Below, piece by piece: positions 40,971 through 51,029 of a DNA stretch of 64,000 nucleotides (position 1 is its first letter; every line of letters starts with the position of its first letter). Where the stretch lies: NCBI GenBank assembly GCA_963750025.1, contig CAVVPF010000022.1:7884-71883 (forward strand), written 5' to 3'. The position numbers were made by a program, and so were the translations under genes. Below the pieces are notes generated by a model, which saw only the letters and a list, made by a program, of their open reading frames with translations, did no database searches and was not told the DNA's origin. The stretch comes from an uncultured Chloroflexia bacterium (GTDB lineage: Bacteria; Chloroflexota; Limnocylindria; QHBO01).

Positions 40971-41988
40971 CGTGGCACCTCTCCGTACATCAGCGTGGCG
41001 ACGCGCTCGATCATCTCCAGCCCGGTGACGTCGCGCTCCAGCTCGGGGACGTGAGCGCGCACGTCGCGCCCCAGCTCGCGCTCGATCTCGGCCAACTGGC
41101 CGCGTTGCATCTTCATCCGGTTGCGCAGGTAGGCCGGCACCCCCTCGCTGTCGAGTGACTCGGGCAGGACGCGATTGACGATGTAGCCGGCGACCGGCAC
41201 ATCGAAGCTTGGCGAACATCTCGGCTGCCTTGCGGGTGTCGATGAGGATCATCTGCTCGGGCACGACCACGAAGAAGAAGGCGGTCCGATCTCGATCGGT
41301 CAGGATGCGGGAGGCGGCGTTGATGCGCTGCCGGATGTACTGGAGCTCGGCCAGGATCTCGTCCTCGGCCACCTCCTTCTGGCGCCGCATCCGTGCAGCC
41401 ACCTCCTCGTACTCGCGCATCTCCTCACGAAGGTGGGTGATCTTGCCGATCCACTCGTCGTAGATCTTGGCCATCGACAGGTAGTAGAGGGCGTGGCCCA
41501 GCGGCACGAGGTCGTAGATGTAGTAGTCGTAGTCGCCCTCGGACAGGATGTCGACCACGGCGTCGAAGATCGCCGACTCCTCCATCGCCGGCTCGGCGCT
41601 GGCGGCGGAGATGTAGTCCTCGATCTCCTCGGGCACCTTCTCGAGCCCGTACATGTCCAGGATCTTTGGCGCGCACCTCATCCTGGTAGTCGTTGATGTG
41701 GCGGTCGGCGTCGATCTCCTGGGCCCACAGGTTGTCCATGACCTTGACCGGGCCCTTGCCGAAGATATCGGTCTGGAAGATGTCGGACAGGCTGGCCTGG
41801 GGGTCGACGCTGAAAACCAGGACGCGCTTGCCCTGCTTGGCCAGCCAGTAGCCGGTCGCCGCCGAGAAGGTCGTCTTGCCGAGCCCGCCCTTCCCCCCGA
41901 ACATGATGTAGCGGCGATCAGGGTGGGCGTTGAAGAAGTCGGCCAGCGCCGTCGTGCGGCCCTTGCCCGCCTCAGTCTGCACGGTCAT
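40967..41988 (-). pseudogene. ArsA/Get3-like ATPase, copy 1, two frameshifts
   Basis: P-loop 'MFGGKGGLGKTT'. The frames join near 41665 ('...DEVRAK|ILDMYGLEK...') and near 41208 ('...AEMFAKL|DVPVAGYIVNRVLPE...'). ATGA overlap with copy 2. Confidence 0.8.
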
Positions 41989-41990
41989 GG

Positions 41991-42281
41991 CTAGAACATC
42001 GCATCGGTCACATCCTTCTCGCGCAGCATGCTTCGCTTCCAGGTCGAGATCTGGGGCACGACGTAGGGGAGCAGGCGCAGGGAGTAGTAGGGCGGCAGGA
42101 TCGGCACCCCGACCAGGTCGCCCATGGTGATCAGGATGAAGAGGTGCTCCATGCTCGCCCGGCTGCGGAGGGCGGAGCGGGTCATGTCGTGGGCGGCCAT
42201 CCCGTAGGTGACCTCCCGGAGCTTCCAGACCAGCCCACGCAGCCCGCCCGAGCGCTCCTCGGGTTGCTCTTGGTCAGCCAT
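41991..42281 (-). CDS. Small hypothetical protein with an 'ILPPYYSLRLLPYVVPQ' motif (paralog 1)
   Basis: 96-aa ORF immediately upstream of the ArsA-like pair and paralogous to 42296-42589. Confidence 0.6.
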   Translation of the reverse strand: MADQEQPEERSGGLRGLVWKLREVTYGMAAHDMTRSALRSRASMEHLFILITMGDLVGVPILPPYYSLRLLPYVVPQISTWKRSMLREKDVTDAMF

Positions 42282-42295
42282 CGTTGCCTCCCGGC

Positions 42296-42589
42296 TCAGA
42301 CGCCATGCAGCTCATAGTCGTGCTCCTCGCTGAAGTGGCGTTCGCGCAGGACGCGGCGCTTCCAGGTGGCGACCTGCGGGACGACGAATGGCAGCAGGCG
42401 CAGTGAATAGTATGGCGGAATGATCGGCAGACCGATCATGTCGCCGACGCAGGTCACCATGAAGATCGTCTCCAGGTTGGCGCGCATGGCGACCGACTGG
42501 CGCGCGAACTCGTGCCCGGTCATGCCGTAGAGGAATTCGCGCAGCGCAGCTCGCAGCCCTCCATCTGCCGCGGCGCGCTCGTTGGTCAC
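42296..42589 (-). CDS. Small hypothetical protein with an 'IIPPYYSLRLLPFVVPQ' motif (paralog 2)
   Basis: GTG start at 42589, preceded by a GGGAGGG RBS. It aligns with paralog 1 over its whole length. The longer track ORF (to 42886) overlaps the divergent gene and is unlikely. Confidence 0.6.
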   Translation of the reverse strand: MTNERAAADGGLRAALREFLYGMTGHEFARQSVAMRANLETIFMVTCVGDMIGLPIIPPYYSLRLLPFVVPQVATWKRRVLRERHFSEEHDYELHGV

Positions 42590-42689
42590 GGGCCCTCCCG
42601 ACCAATGTGGATCGGTCCAATCTAGCACCCGCCCGCCAGAGCCGCTTGACCGATGCCCGCCATGCTCCGTACAGTCGCCTGCACTACTC

Positions 42690-43358
42690 ATGTCCGATCT
42701 CTCGGCCTTTGGCGCCTCGCTCGCGATCGCGCTGCTCGCGGTGGTCATGCTGTGGTTCGCCTTCGGCACCCAGCGCAACATCCGGCGCGGCAACGAGCTG
42801 CTCCGCTGGCTCCAGGATGGGCTCCCGCTGCTCGGCGAGCGGACGACCCTGCGCTGGCTGGGAAGCTCGGTCGTCGAGCTGCGCATCTCGCAGCCCGAGG
42901 CGCCGTTTCGCGAGGCCGAGCTCCTGGTGGTGCTCGAGCCGCGCGACCTCGGCGCGCTGTGGGCGCTCGCTCACCGCCGCGGCCGCCGCGACTTCCTCGT
43001 CTTGCGCGTGCGCCTCGTGCGGGCGCCGCGCTTCAACGCCGATCTCGCTGATCCACGGAGCTGGACAATGGGCGATGTGCGGCATCGTTGGGCGGGCGAG
43101 CGCGCGGAGTCGAGCTGGAGCGGGACGTGGGGCGGGACGCGGCTCGAGGCGCGTCACGACGCGACCGTGAAGCTCGACGAGTTGCGCGGCTGGTGGGAGC
43201 AGCTGGCCAGCGTCAGCGGAGGCGTCTGGCGGATGTCGGTCAGCCCGACCGTGCCGCACCTGGAGCTCCACCTCCTGCCGCCGGCCGACGGCGTCAGCTC
43301 GCTGCGGCTGATGGGAGCCATTCGCGAGGTGGCGCGCCAGGTCGCGCCGGGCGGATAG
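42690..43358 (+). CDS. Hypothetical membrane-anchored protein
   Basis: The ATG at 42690 gives an N-terminal TM 'FGASLAIALLAVVMLWFAF'. It is divergent from the small-protein/ArsA operon. Confidence 0.55.
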   Translation: MSDLSAFGASLAIALLAVVMLWFAFGTQRNIRRGNELLRWLQDGLPLLGERTTLRWLGSSVVELRISQPEAPFREAELLVVLEPRDLGALWALAHRRGRRDFLVLRVRLVRAPRFNADLADPRSWTMGDVRHRWAGERAESSWSGTWGGTRLEARHDATVKLDELRGWWEQLASVSGGVWRMSVSPTVPHLELHLLPPADGVSSLRLMGAIREVARQVAPGG

Positions 43359-43414
43359 CAAACGAGTGGGGCGGGCCCGGAGGCCCGCCCCACCCAAGGC
43401 GAAGCGATACAGCT

Positions 43415-45313
43415 TCAGGCGCCCGGCGCCGCCGGCGCGGGAGCCGGCTCGGCAGGCAAGGCCCGGTAGCGGCCCCAGGCCTTCCACGCGTCGAAGGCGA
43501 TGAACAGCGCCGCGACGACCAACAGGAGCGAGATCGCAATCATCGCCCAGGCGCCGATAATGGAGATCGGCGCCGAGCCCTCGCGGATCACGATCGTGAC
43601 GTAGAGGTTGTACGCCGTCACCAGGCTCGCCGCCACGGTGGTCACGTACATGAACAGCATGGGGATCCCGGCATAGGCCGGGTTGCGCCGCGTCGAGGCC
43701 AGCCACAGCGTCACCAGCAGCAAGCTGAGCGCTGCCAGCAGCTGGTTCGAGGCGCCGAAGAGCTGCCACAGGTAGACCCACGTGCCGGACAGCACCAGGG
43801 CCAGCACCAGGACCGACGAGATGATCGTCGCGATGTGCTGATTCTTGAAGCCGACCCACGTGTCGCCCAGCCACTCGCCCAGCGTCACGCGCATGACGCG
43901 AAAGACGAGCTGCACCACGGTCAGCACGATCACAACGAACGCGCCGAAGCCGAGTGCCGTCCCGAAGGCCAGCGGCACGAGGCCGAAGGTCGCCACGTTC
44001 AGCAGGTTGCCGACCCCCGCGGCGAACGCCCCTGCTCCAGCCCCGCCGGCGATCGCCACCGCCGTCAGCGACAGGAGGCCCAGCGTGTTCTCGCTGAACA
44101 TGCCGCCCGCGCCGACCGGCAGCGCATCGGTCTCGTACTGAAGCTGGCGAGCGGTGCCGACCGAGCCGATGAGCGCGTGCCAGCCGGAGATGGCGCCGCA
44201 GGCGATGGTGACGAAGAGCATGGGCCACAGCGTCTGGATGGCGCCCGTGGCGACCTTGGGGGCGAAGTCGGTGAACGCCTCGAGCTTGAAGGTGGCCACC
44301 TCCGGTTGGAAGAACGGTGCCAGGATGGCGCCCACCGCCGAGAGGCCAATGGCCAGGGCGGTGATCCAGAAGCCGATGTAGTTGACCGGCTGCGCGAAGC
44401 GCCAGATCGCCAGGTTGGTGCCCAGGTAGCTGAAGGCCAGCAGGAAGAGGCACCAGAACACGAAGCTGGGCAGGACGTTGATCTCGCCCGTGGCGGCGTT
44501 GAAGACCGCCGTTGACGGTCGCTGCTTGGTCTCGGGGTTGACCGCCGGAACGCGCGGATCGGCGTTCGTCGGGTCGACCACGGTGTAGATGGGAGTTCCA
44601 TCGCCGTTCAGCGTGGCATTGATGCCGCGCACGACACCGCTCACCGGCCCGGTCTCCCAGGTCGGTGGCTGGCCCTGCTGGAAGGTCACGCCCAGCGGAC
44701 CGAGCACCATGGCCAGCAGCGTACTGACCACGATGAGGAGGGTGACCTGGATCAGGTCAACCTTTCGGCGGTAGATGAGGTAGCCACCGAGCATCCCCAT
44801 CGCGGCCAGCACCAGGATCCCGAAGGGGACGTCGGGTCGGGCGTCCAGCACGGCCGCCATGATCCCGACGAAGGCGCCGCCGATTAGCAACAGGTAGAAG
44901 AAGATAAACACGAACAGGATCGTCCGCGTGCGCGGGCTGATGAGCCGGTAGGAGATGGCCGAGAGCGAGTTCCCATCGTTGCGCACGCTCATCATGATCG
45001 CGCTGTAGTCGCTCGCCCAGCCGATGAAGGTGACGCCGATCATCAGCCAGAGGATCGATGGCAGCCAGCCCCACAGGTTGGCGGCGGTGATGACGCCGAC
45101 GATGGGGCCGGCGGCGGCGATCGACTTGAAGTGGTAGCCGTACAGGATGAAGCGGCTGGTCGGCATGAAGTCGGCCCCGTCCATGTACATGGTGGCCGGC
45201 GTCGCGCGCTTCGGGTCCGACTGAATGACGACCCTATCGATGCGGCGGGCGTAAAAGTTGTAGGCGAGGTAGATGACCACCGCGCCGATGACCACGACCC
45301 ATAGTGAACTCAT
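43415..45313 (-). CDS. cstA: Carbon starvation protein A (CstA-family peptide/pyruvate transporter)
   Basis: 'MSSLWVVVIGAVVIYLAYNFYARRI...', 'YGYHFKSIAAAGPIVG' and a polytopic topology are typical of CstA. Confidence 0.9.
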   Translation of the reverse strand: MSSLWVVVIGAVVIYLAYNFYARRIDRVVIQSDPKRATPATMYMDGADFMPTSRFILYGYHFKSIAAAGPIVGVITAANLWGWLPSILWLMIGVTFIGWASDYSAIMMSVRNDGNSLSAISYRLISPRTRTILFVFIFFYLLLIGGAFVGIMAAVLDARPDVPFGILVLAAMGMLGGYLIYRRKVDLIQVTLLIVVSTLLAMVLGPLGVTFQQGQPPTWETGPVSGVVRGINATLNGDGTPIYTVVDPTNADPRVPAVNPETKQRPSTAVFNAATGEINVLPSFVFWCLFLLAFSYLGTNLAIWRFAQPVNYIGFWITALAIGLSAVGAILAPFFQPEVATFKLEAFTDFAPKVATGAIQTLWPMLFVTIACGAISGWHALIGSVGTARQLQYETDALPVGAGGMFSENTLGLLSLTAVAIAGGAGAGAFAAGVGNLLNVATFGLVPLAFGTALGFGAFVVIVLTVVQLVFRVMRVTLGEWLGDTWVGFKNQHIATIISSVLVLALVLSGTWVYLWQLFGASNQLLAALSLLLVTLWLASTRRNPAYAGIPMLFMYVTTVAASLVTAYNLYVTIVIREGSAPISIIGAWAMIAISLLLVVAALFIAFDAWKAWGRYRALPAEPAPAPAAPGA

Positions 45314-45420
45314 GCAACCCTCCCGTTCAAAGGAGCGCGCACAAATGGCGGGGGCAGTCACCCGGATGGTGAGCCTGCCGCGCCGTCTAGCGCGCTGGCG
45401 TCCCCATATGGATCTTCCCT

Positions 45421-45813
45421 TTAGGCCACTCCTCTCCCTCCCGAGGACGACACGTAGCGGTCGATGACGCGATCGACGGCCTCAAAATCGGTACCGATCG
45501 CCGTCTCGCGCCCAGCCACGATCGTTGCCGGGTAGCGGCGCACGCGGTGGCGCAGCGACTTCCAGACCCCCTCGATCGAGGCGGCGTCGATGACGGAGAC
45601 GGCGAGCCGGTCGGGGTGGCGTTCGAGCAGGCGATGGACCCAGTCGGACACCTCCTGGTATTCATGGGCCAGGTTGTCCGGCAGCGAGCTGGAGGCGGCC
45701 TCGCGTTGCACGGGCTGGCCGATGCCGATGCCCTCGAACACCACCTCGCAGTGCTGGCAGTGGCGGAAGACCGTCGGCGCGTAGGTGATGATCTGTACGC
45801 TCACGTGCTGCAT
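45421..45813 (-). CDS. Hypothetical CxxC protein, possibly thioredoxin-fold
   Basis: 'VQIITYAPTVFRHCQHCEVVF' and the C-terminal 'RYPATIVAG' suggest a thioredoxin-like fold. This is a weak call. Confidence 0.45.
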   Translation of the reverse strand: MQHVSVQIITYAPTVFRHCQHCEVVFEGIGIGQPVQREAASSSLPDNLAHEYQEVSDWVHRLLERHPDRLAVSVIDAASIEGVWKSLRHRVRRYPATIVAGRETAIGTDFEAVDRVIDRYVSSSGGRGVA

Positions 45814-45904
45814 CGAACTTCCCATAAGGACATCAGATCCATCGGTTCCGCGCAGGCCGCGAAGACAGGGTACACCCACCTGACAAGGGAGCTGGGGCTG
45901 CGGC

Positions 45905-46690
45905 TCAGATCCCGCGCAGCAGCCCGCCGTCGACCGGGATGAGGGCGCTCGTCACGTACGAGGCGGCATCCGAGCACAGGTAGGTAACGAGGCTCGCCAG
46001 CTCGTCCGGCCGTCCATAGCGTCCCGCGGGGATTGCCGCCTGTGCCTCGGCCTGCACCTCCTCCAGGCTGCGGCCCTCGCGCTCCGCTCGTTCCCGATCG
46101 AGCGAATCGATGCGGGCGGTATGGACCCGGCCGGTGAGCACCCCGTTGATCGTCACGCCGTCGGCGGCCACGGCCACCGCAGCGGTCTTGAGCCAGCCCG
46201 CCAAGGCGGAGCGGCCGGCGGTGGAGTAGACGAGGCTGGGGATCGGCTCGCGGACCACCGACGACATGAGCGCCACCACACGCCCATGGCGCTGCGCACG
46301 CATAGCCGGCAGCAGGGCGGTGGCGATGGCGATGGGCGTGATCGCCAGCAGCTGGAAGGCTTGGCGCCAGCCATCCGGATCGGTGGCGAGTGGGTCGACC
46401 GTGGGCGGGCCTCCCGCGTTCAGGACGCAGATGTCGATCGTGCCCAGGCGCTGGGCGGCCTCGACCACGCGGTCGGCGGCAGCCGGGTCGGCCGCGTCTG
46501 CGGCCAGCGTCTCGACCTCCGCGCCATGAGCCTGCCGCAGCCGCTGCGCGGTGGCGTTCAGTTGGTCTTCGCTGCGCGCCCAGAGCAAGAGGCGGCAGCC
46601 CTCAGCGGCGAGCGCTTCGGCGACGGCCGCGCCCAGGCCAGCTGAGGCGCCTCCGATCGCGGCGGTCCGTCCGGTGAGCCCGAGCTCCAT
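45905..46690 (-). CDS. Short-chain dehydrogenase/reductase (SDR)
   Basis: 'GRTAAIGGASAGLGAA' (TGxxxGxG-like), 'NAGG' and 'YSTAGRSALAG' (YxxxK-like, with Arg in place of Lys). Confidence 0.85.
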   Translation of the reverse strand: MELGLTGRTAAIGGASAGLGAAVAEALAAEGCRLLLWARSEDQLNATAQRLRQAHGAEVETLAADAADPAAADRVVEAAQRLGTIDICVLNAGGPPTVDPLATDPDGWRQAFQLLAITPIAIATALLPAMRAQRHGRVVALMSSVVREPIPSLVYSTAGRSALAGWLKTAAVAVAADGVTINGVLTGRVHTARIDSLDRERAEREGRSLEEVQAEAQAAIPAGRYGRPDELASLVTYLCSDAASYVTSALIPVDGGLLRGI

Positions 46691-47159
46691 GCGCCGATTA
46701 TATGACGGCTGGCGCGAGACCCCGATGCTAGCCGGTCCCGGGAACGACATGCGGTGCGCGTCTTCGCCAGCCGCGAACAGCACCGCCTCGAGCAGCAGAC
46801 CGGCCGTCCAGGCCGAGTGTGCCCATCGCCGACTGGTGGCCGACTGGCAGCCGGAACGGGCGCGGGCGCCGCAACTGGGGGCGCGCAAGCAGCGCGGCAG
46901 GATCTCCCCAACCTCCTGCGCTTCGGCTCAGCGATTCGCCCTCACCCACCTTCAGGATGCAACGCGCTGAGATAGAGACACACTCTCTGCGGATCGGCGG
47001 GCTCGAGCCGAAGATCAGCAAGCATTCGACGCTAGCACTGGCATCGGTCTTCAACTGATGTCCGCGCAGTTCACCCTCAATGAATCGGTCCATGCGCGGG
47101 ACGCCACTTTCAACTCGAGATAATTTCGCCACTCGCCGCCTGGCACCGACACAGGACGA

Positions 47160-48284
47160 TCAGACGAGCCGGCCGGGATCCTCGAGCGCTGCGATGACCT
47201 GGTCGAGGAAGGCCGCCGCGGGGACGCCATCCACGACGCGGTGGTCGAACGTCAGACTGAGCACGACCAGCGTCCTGGCAATGATCGCCCCATCGATGAC
47301 GGCCGGCCGCCGCCGAGCTCGACCGAGCCCCAGGATCGCTGCCTGGGGCGGGTTGAGGAGCGGGGTGAATGCGTCGATTCGGTAGCCTCCCAGGTTGGTC
47401 ACGGAGAAGACCGCGCCCCGCGTCTCCACCTCGGCGAGACGAGCTGAGCGCGCCCGCTCGGCGAGGTCGGCGATCTCGCGGTCAAGCTGCTCGAGGCTCT
47501 TGGCGTCGGCCTGCCGCACGACCGGAACGATGAGCCCGTCATCGAGCGCGACGGCGACGCCGATGTCAATCCGCTCCGGAAGTCGGAGGCCCTCGTCCGT
47601 CCAGGCGGCGCCGAGACGCGGGTGGTCGCGCAGCGCGAGCGCGGAGGCGCGCACGGCCGCCGCGGTGTAGGTTGCCCGCTCCTCGGAGCGGGCGCTCAAC
47701 GCGGCGAGCAAATCGGCGAGAGCGGTGACGTCGGCTTCTGCGGTAAGCGTCAGTTGGGCAGTCTCGAACAGACCGCTCCGCATCCGCTCGGCGATCGCTC
47801 GGCGCATTGGCGTGAACCCCACCAGTCCGGCTCGGGGTCGCCCCTCGCCTTCGGGCGCCCGCACGTCCGCCTCGACTATTCGCCCGCCCGGCCCCGTTCC
47901 GGTGATCGACGCGAGGTCGATGCCCAGCTCGAGCGCGAGTCGCCGCGCGGCCGGCGACGCGGCCACGGGCTGACCGACGGGTGCGACCGGGGCGACGGCC
48001 GGTGGAGCCGAGACCGGAGCATGAGCCGATGCAGCTTCGACGGGTTGCTCAATCGCCTCAAGGACCGCGATCGGATGTCCCTGGACGATCACGCCGCCCG
48101 GTTCAACGAGCAGCTCGAGCGTTCCGCTCGCGGGCGCCCGGACTTCCGCGCTGATCTTCTCCACCTGCACCTCGGCCACGAGGTCGCCTTCGCGGACCGT
48201 GGCTCCTGGCTCAACGAACCACGTGACGAGGATCCCTTCCTCGACGGACTCGGAAATCCGCGGCACGAGGATGTCCTGCCGCAT
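47160..48284 (-). CDS. acoC: Dihydrolipoamide acyltransferase (E2) of an acetoin/2-oxoacid dehydrogenase complex
   Basis: N-terminal lipoyl domain ('AEVQVEKISAEV'), an Ala/Pro linker, and a catalytic domain ending in 'DHRVVDG'. RBS AAAGGAGAG. Confidence 0.8.
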   Translation of the reverse strand: MRQDILVPRISESVEEGILVTWFVEPGATVREGDLVAEVQVEKISAEVRAPASGTLELLVEPGGVIVQGHPIAVLEAIEQPVEAASAHAPVSAPPAVAPVAPVGQPVAASPAARRLALELGIDLASITGTGPGGRIVEADVRAPEGEGRPRAGLVGFTPMRRAIAERMRSGLFETAQLTLTAEADVTALADLLAALSARSEERATYTAAAVRASALALRDHPRLGAAWTDEGLRLPERIDIGVAVALDDGLIVPVVRQADAKSLEQLDREIADLAERARSARLAEVETRGAVFSVTNLGGYRIDAFTPLLNPPQAAILGLGRARRRPAVIDGAIIARTLVVLSLTFDHRVVDGVPAAAFLDQVIAALEDPGRLV

Positions 48285-48334
48285 CGGTCTCTCCTTTCGG
48301 TCACCGCTGGTGCTAGCGCGAGCGGCGCTGCCGG

Positions 48335-48861
48335 ATGCTGAACCGGCGGCGCCGCTCGGATGGTCGACCGAGCCCCAGGCCCGCGCGGTGGGCTGGGCCT
48401 AGCACGCGATGGCCACCGCCGGGCCCGATGCGACCCGAGCTGCTTGGTGTCGAGGTGCAGCAGCTCGCCGGGCGCGGCGCGCTCGTAGCGGATGACTGGC
48501 GGCCGGGGCTCGAGCCGGTCGAGGCGTCCCAGACCGTGCCGGCGCAGGAGGGCATACACCGTCGAGCGCGGCAGGCCGGTCTGCCAGGCCAGGCGGTGCG
48601 GGCCGACCCGCAGCTCGCGGCGCAACGCGGCACAGCCGCTCACCGAGCTCGGCCGGATGGCCCGCGCCTGGCGGCGCACCACGCTGCGACGATCGACGAG
48701 GCCGATCGTTCCCTCGCGCCGGTAGCGGCTCCACCACTTCGAGCCGGTCTGGCGGCTGATGCCGGCGGCACGCGCCGCCCGGCTCACCGGCCAGCCGCCG
48801 CGATGCGCTCGACCAGGACCGCCCTGCCCCGCGGGGTGAGGCAGGCATTAGCATGTGACAC
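48335..48861 (-). mobile_element. IS481-family transposase remnant (N-terminal third, frameshifted)
   Basis: 'VSHANACLTPRGRAVLVERIAAAG|...SRAARAAGISRQTGSKWWSRYRREGTIGLVDRRS...RYERAAPGELLHLDTKQLG|RIGPGGGHRVLG' shows the IS481 HTH region plus the start of the DDE core. There are at least two indels, and the rest of the core is deleted. Confidence 0.7.
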
Positions 48862-48949
48862 GAGGGCCCCTCCTTCGACTGTGGTTTCGACGCCAACAGC
48901 CGAAGGATACGGGCCCTCAACCCGTCAACAACCTGATTGGGAACTAGAG

Positions 48950-49969
48950 CTAGCGGCCCATGAGCTGCCTTGCGGCCGCGGCGATCTTGTCGCGATTCGG
49001 CAGGCAGAATTGCTCGAGTGGTCGGCTGTAGGGGATGGGAACGTCCGGGTAGGCCAAGCGGGCGGGCGGCGCATCGAGATGGTCGAAGGCTCCCTCGATC
49101 GCCGTCGTGATGACCTCGCCGCTCATCCCGAAGCTCTGATAGTCCTCGTCGACGACGAGGAGCCGATGCGTCTTCTGGACGGAGGCGATGATCGCCTCGC
49201 GGTCGAGCGGGACGAGCGAACGCAGGTCGAGGACTTCGGCCTCGATGCCGTCCTTCGCCAGGTCCTCGGCCGCGTCGAGAGCGCGGTGGACCATGAGTGA
49301 GATCGTCACGATCGTGAGATCTCGACCCTCGCGCTTCACGTCTGCCTTGCCGATAGGGATCTCGTACGGCTCCTCGGGGACGTGTGCCGTCGCACGCGGG
49401 TTCGGGGTCATCCAGCCGAGTCCCATGATCCCCTTGTGGAACATGTAGATGACGGGGTTGTCGTCCCGGATCGCGGAGATCATCAGGCCCTTGGCGTCGT
49501 ACGGCGTTGAGGGCACGACGACCTTCATGCCGGGGAGATGGGCGAACACCCCATAGAGCGTTTGCGAGTGCTGGGCGCCGTCGCCATAGCCGCCGCCGAT
49601 CGCGGTCGTGACGACGACGGGCACCTTCACGTTTCCGCCGGACTCGTAATGGATCTTCGCCATGTGGTTGTAGATCTGGTCCATGCAGACGCCGAAGAAG
49701 TCGACGAACATCAGCTCGGCGATCGGCCGCATGCCCGAGATCGCGGCCCCGACCGCCGCCCCGATGAACGCCGTCTCCGAGATCGGCGTGTCCATCACCC
49801 GCTCGGGTCCGAACTTGGCGAGCAGGCCCTCGGTTGCCCCGAAGATCCCCCCGTACGCGCCGATGTCCTCGCCCATGACGAAGACGCTCGGATCGCGATC
49901 CATCTCCTGGGCGATCCCCTCCGAGATCGCCTTCGACGTCGTCAGCAGGCGCTTCGTTTCGATTGCCAT
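48950..49969 (-). CDS. acoB: Acetoin/pyruvate dehydrogenase E1 beta subunit
   Basis: 'VFVMGEDIGAYGGIFGATEGL...VMDTPISE' and the C-terminal transketolase-like domain. Confidence 0.9.
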   Translation of the reverse strand: MAIETKRLLTTSKAISEGIAQEMDRDPSVFVMGEDIGAYGGIFGATEGLLAKFGPERVMDTPISETAFIGAAVGAAISGMRPIAELMFVDFFGVCMDQIYNHMAKIHYESGGNVKVPVVVTTAIGGGYGDGAQHSQTLYGVFAHLPGMKVVVPSTPYDAKGLMISAIRDDNPVIYMFHKGIMGLGWMTPNPRATAHVPEEPYEIPIGKADVKREGRDLTIVTISLMVHRALDAAEDLAKDGIEAEVLDLRSLVPLDREAIIASVQKTHRLLVVDEDYQSFGMSGEVITTAIEGAFDHLDAPPARLAYPDVPIPYSRPLEQFCLPNRDKIAAAARQLMGR

Positions 49970-49988
49970 CGAGTGACCTCCTCTCTGC

Positions 49989-50972
49989 TCATGCGAAGAC
50001 GTGCTGGAGCGCCGCCGAGGGCTCCGGATATGGACTCGAGCGGGCAAACTCGATCGCGTCGTCAACCTCGGTTCGCGCCCGGTCCCAGGCGCTCAGGGCG
50101 TCCTTCGCGGTCAGGACGCCGGAATCGATCAGCCGGCGCTCGAACGCTCGGACTGCGTCCCGCTCCTGGAGGAGCGCGAGCTCCTCCTTGGTCCGGTAGA
50201 CCTGCGGGTCGCCTTCGAAGTGGCCCAGCAGGCGGTCCGTCTTGACCTCGATCAGTGATGGGCCGCCGCCGCGTCGGGCGCGGCTGACGGCCTCGCCGGC
50301 TGCCTCGTAGATCGCGACCGGGTCGTTGTCCGGGACGAGCACGCCGGGGATCCCGTAGGCGGCCGCCCGATCGCTGTTGTTGGCAATGGCCGTCGCCTTC
50401 TCCTTCGGCACGCTGATGGCCCAGGCGTTGTCCTCGCACACGAAGACCACGCCGAGGCGCCACAGTGCCGCGAGGTTCAGCGACTCATGGAAGGCTCCCT
50501 GGTTGGCGGCGCCTTCGCCGAAGAAAGAGACCGCGATGTCGTCCTTGCCCTGCTTCTTGAAGGCGAGGGCATGGCCGACGGCCGTTGGCATCCCTTCGGC
50601 GATGATCCCGCTGCAGCCGAAGTTCGTGGCCGGATCGAACAGGTGCATGTGGCCGCCCTTGCCGTGGCCGAGGCCGGTCTCCTTCCCGAAGATCTCGGCC
50701 GCGAGCTGCTTGATGTCCATGCCGTGGGCAAGGGCGATGTGATGTGGCCGGTGGGTGGCGGTGACCGCGTCGGTCGGTCGCAGGTGGGCGGCGACTCCCA
50801 CCGCGACCGGCTCCTGGCCGGCCGCCAGATGCATCTCACCCGGGACGGGCCCGGCCGCGATGTCAAAGGCCGGTGTCTTCCCCTCGAAGTAGACCTTCTG
50901 GATGGTCTCCTCGAAGAGTCGGATCCGAACCTGCTGGTAGTGCATGTTAAGCAGCGTCTCGTTGCTGGGCAT
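49989..50972 (-). CDS. acoA: Acetoin/pyruvate dehydrogenase E1 alpha subunit (TPP-binding)
   Basis: TPP motif 'GEGAANQGAFHESLNLAALWRLGVVFVCEDNAWAIS'. Confidence 0.9.
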   Translation of the reverse strand: MPSNETLLNMHYQQVRIRLFEETIQKVYFEGKTPAFDIAAGPVPGEMHLAAGQEPVAVGVAAHLRPTDAVTATHRPHHIALAHGMDIKQLAAEIFGKETGLGHGKGGHMHLFDPATNFGCSGIIAEGMPTAVGHALAFKKQGKDDIAVSFFGEGAANQGAFHESLNLAALWRLGVVFVCEDNAWAISVPKEKATAIANNSDRAAAYGIPGVLVPDNDPVAIYEAAGEAVSRARRGGGPSLIEVKTDRLLGHFEGDPQVYRTKEELALLQERDAVRAFERRLIDSGVLTAKDALSAWDRARTEVDDAIEFARSSPYPEPSAALQHVFA

Positions 50973-51029
50973 CGCTTGACCTCCGTGGTCAGGTCTGATC
51001 GATCGCTCGGTTGGGACAGTCCTCAGCGC

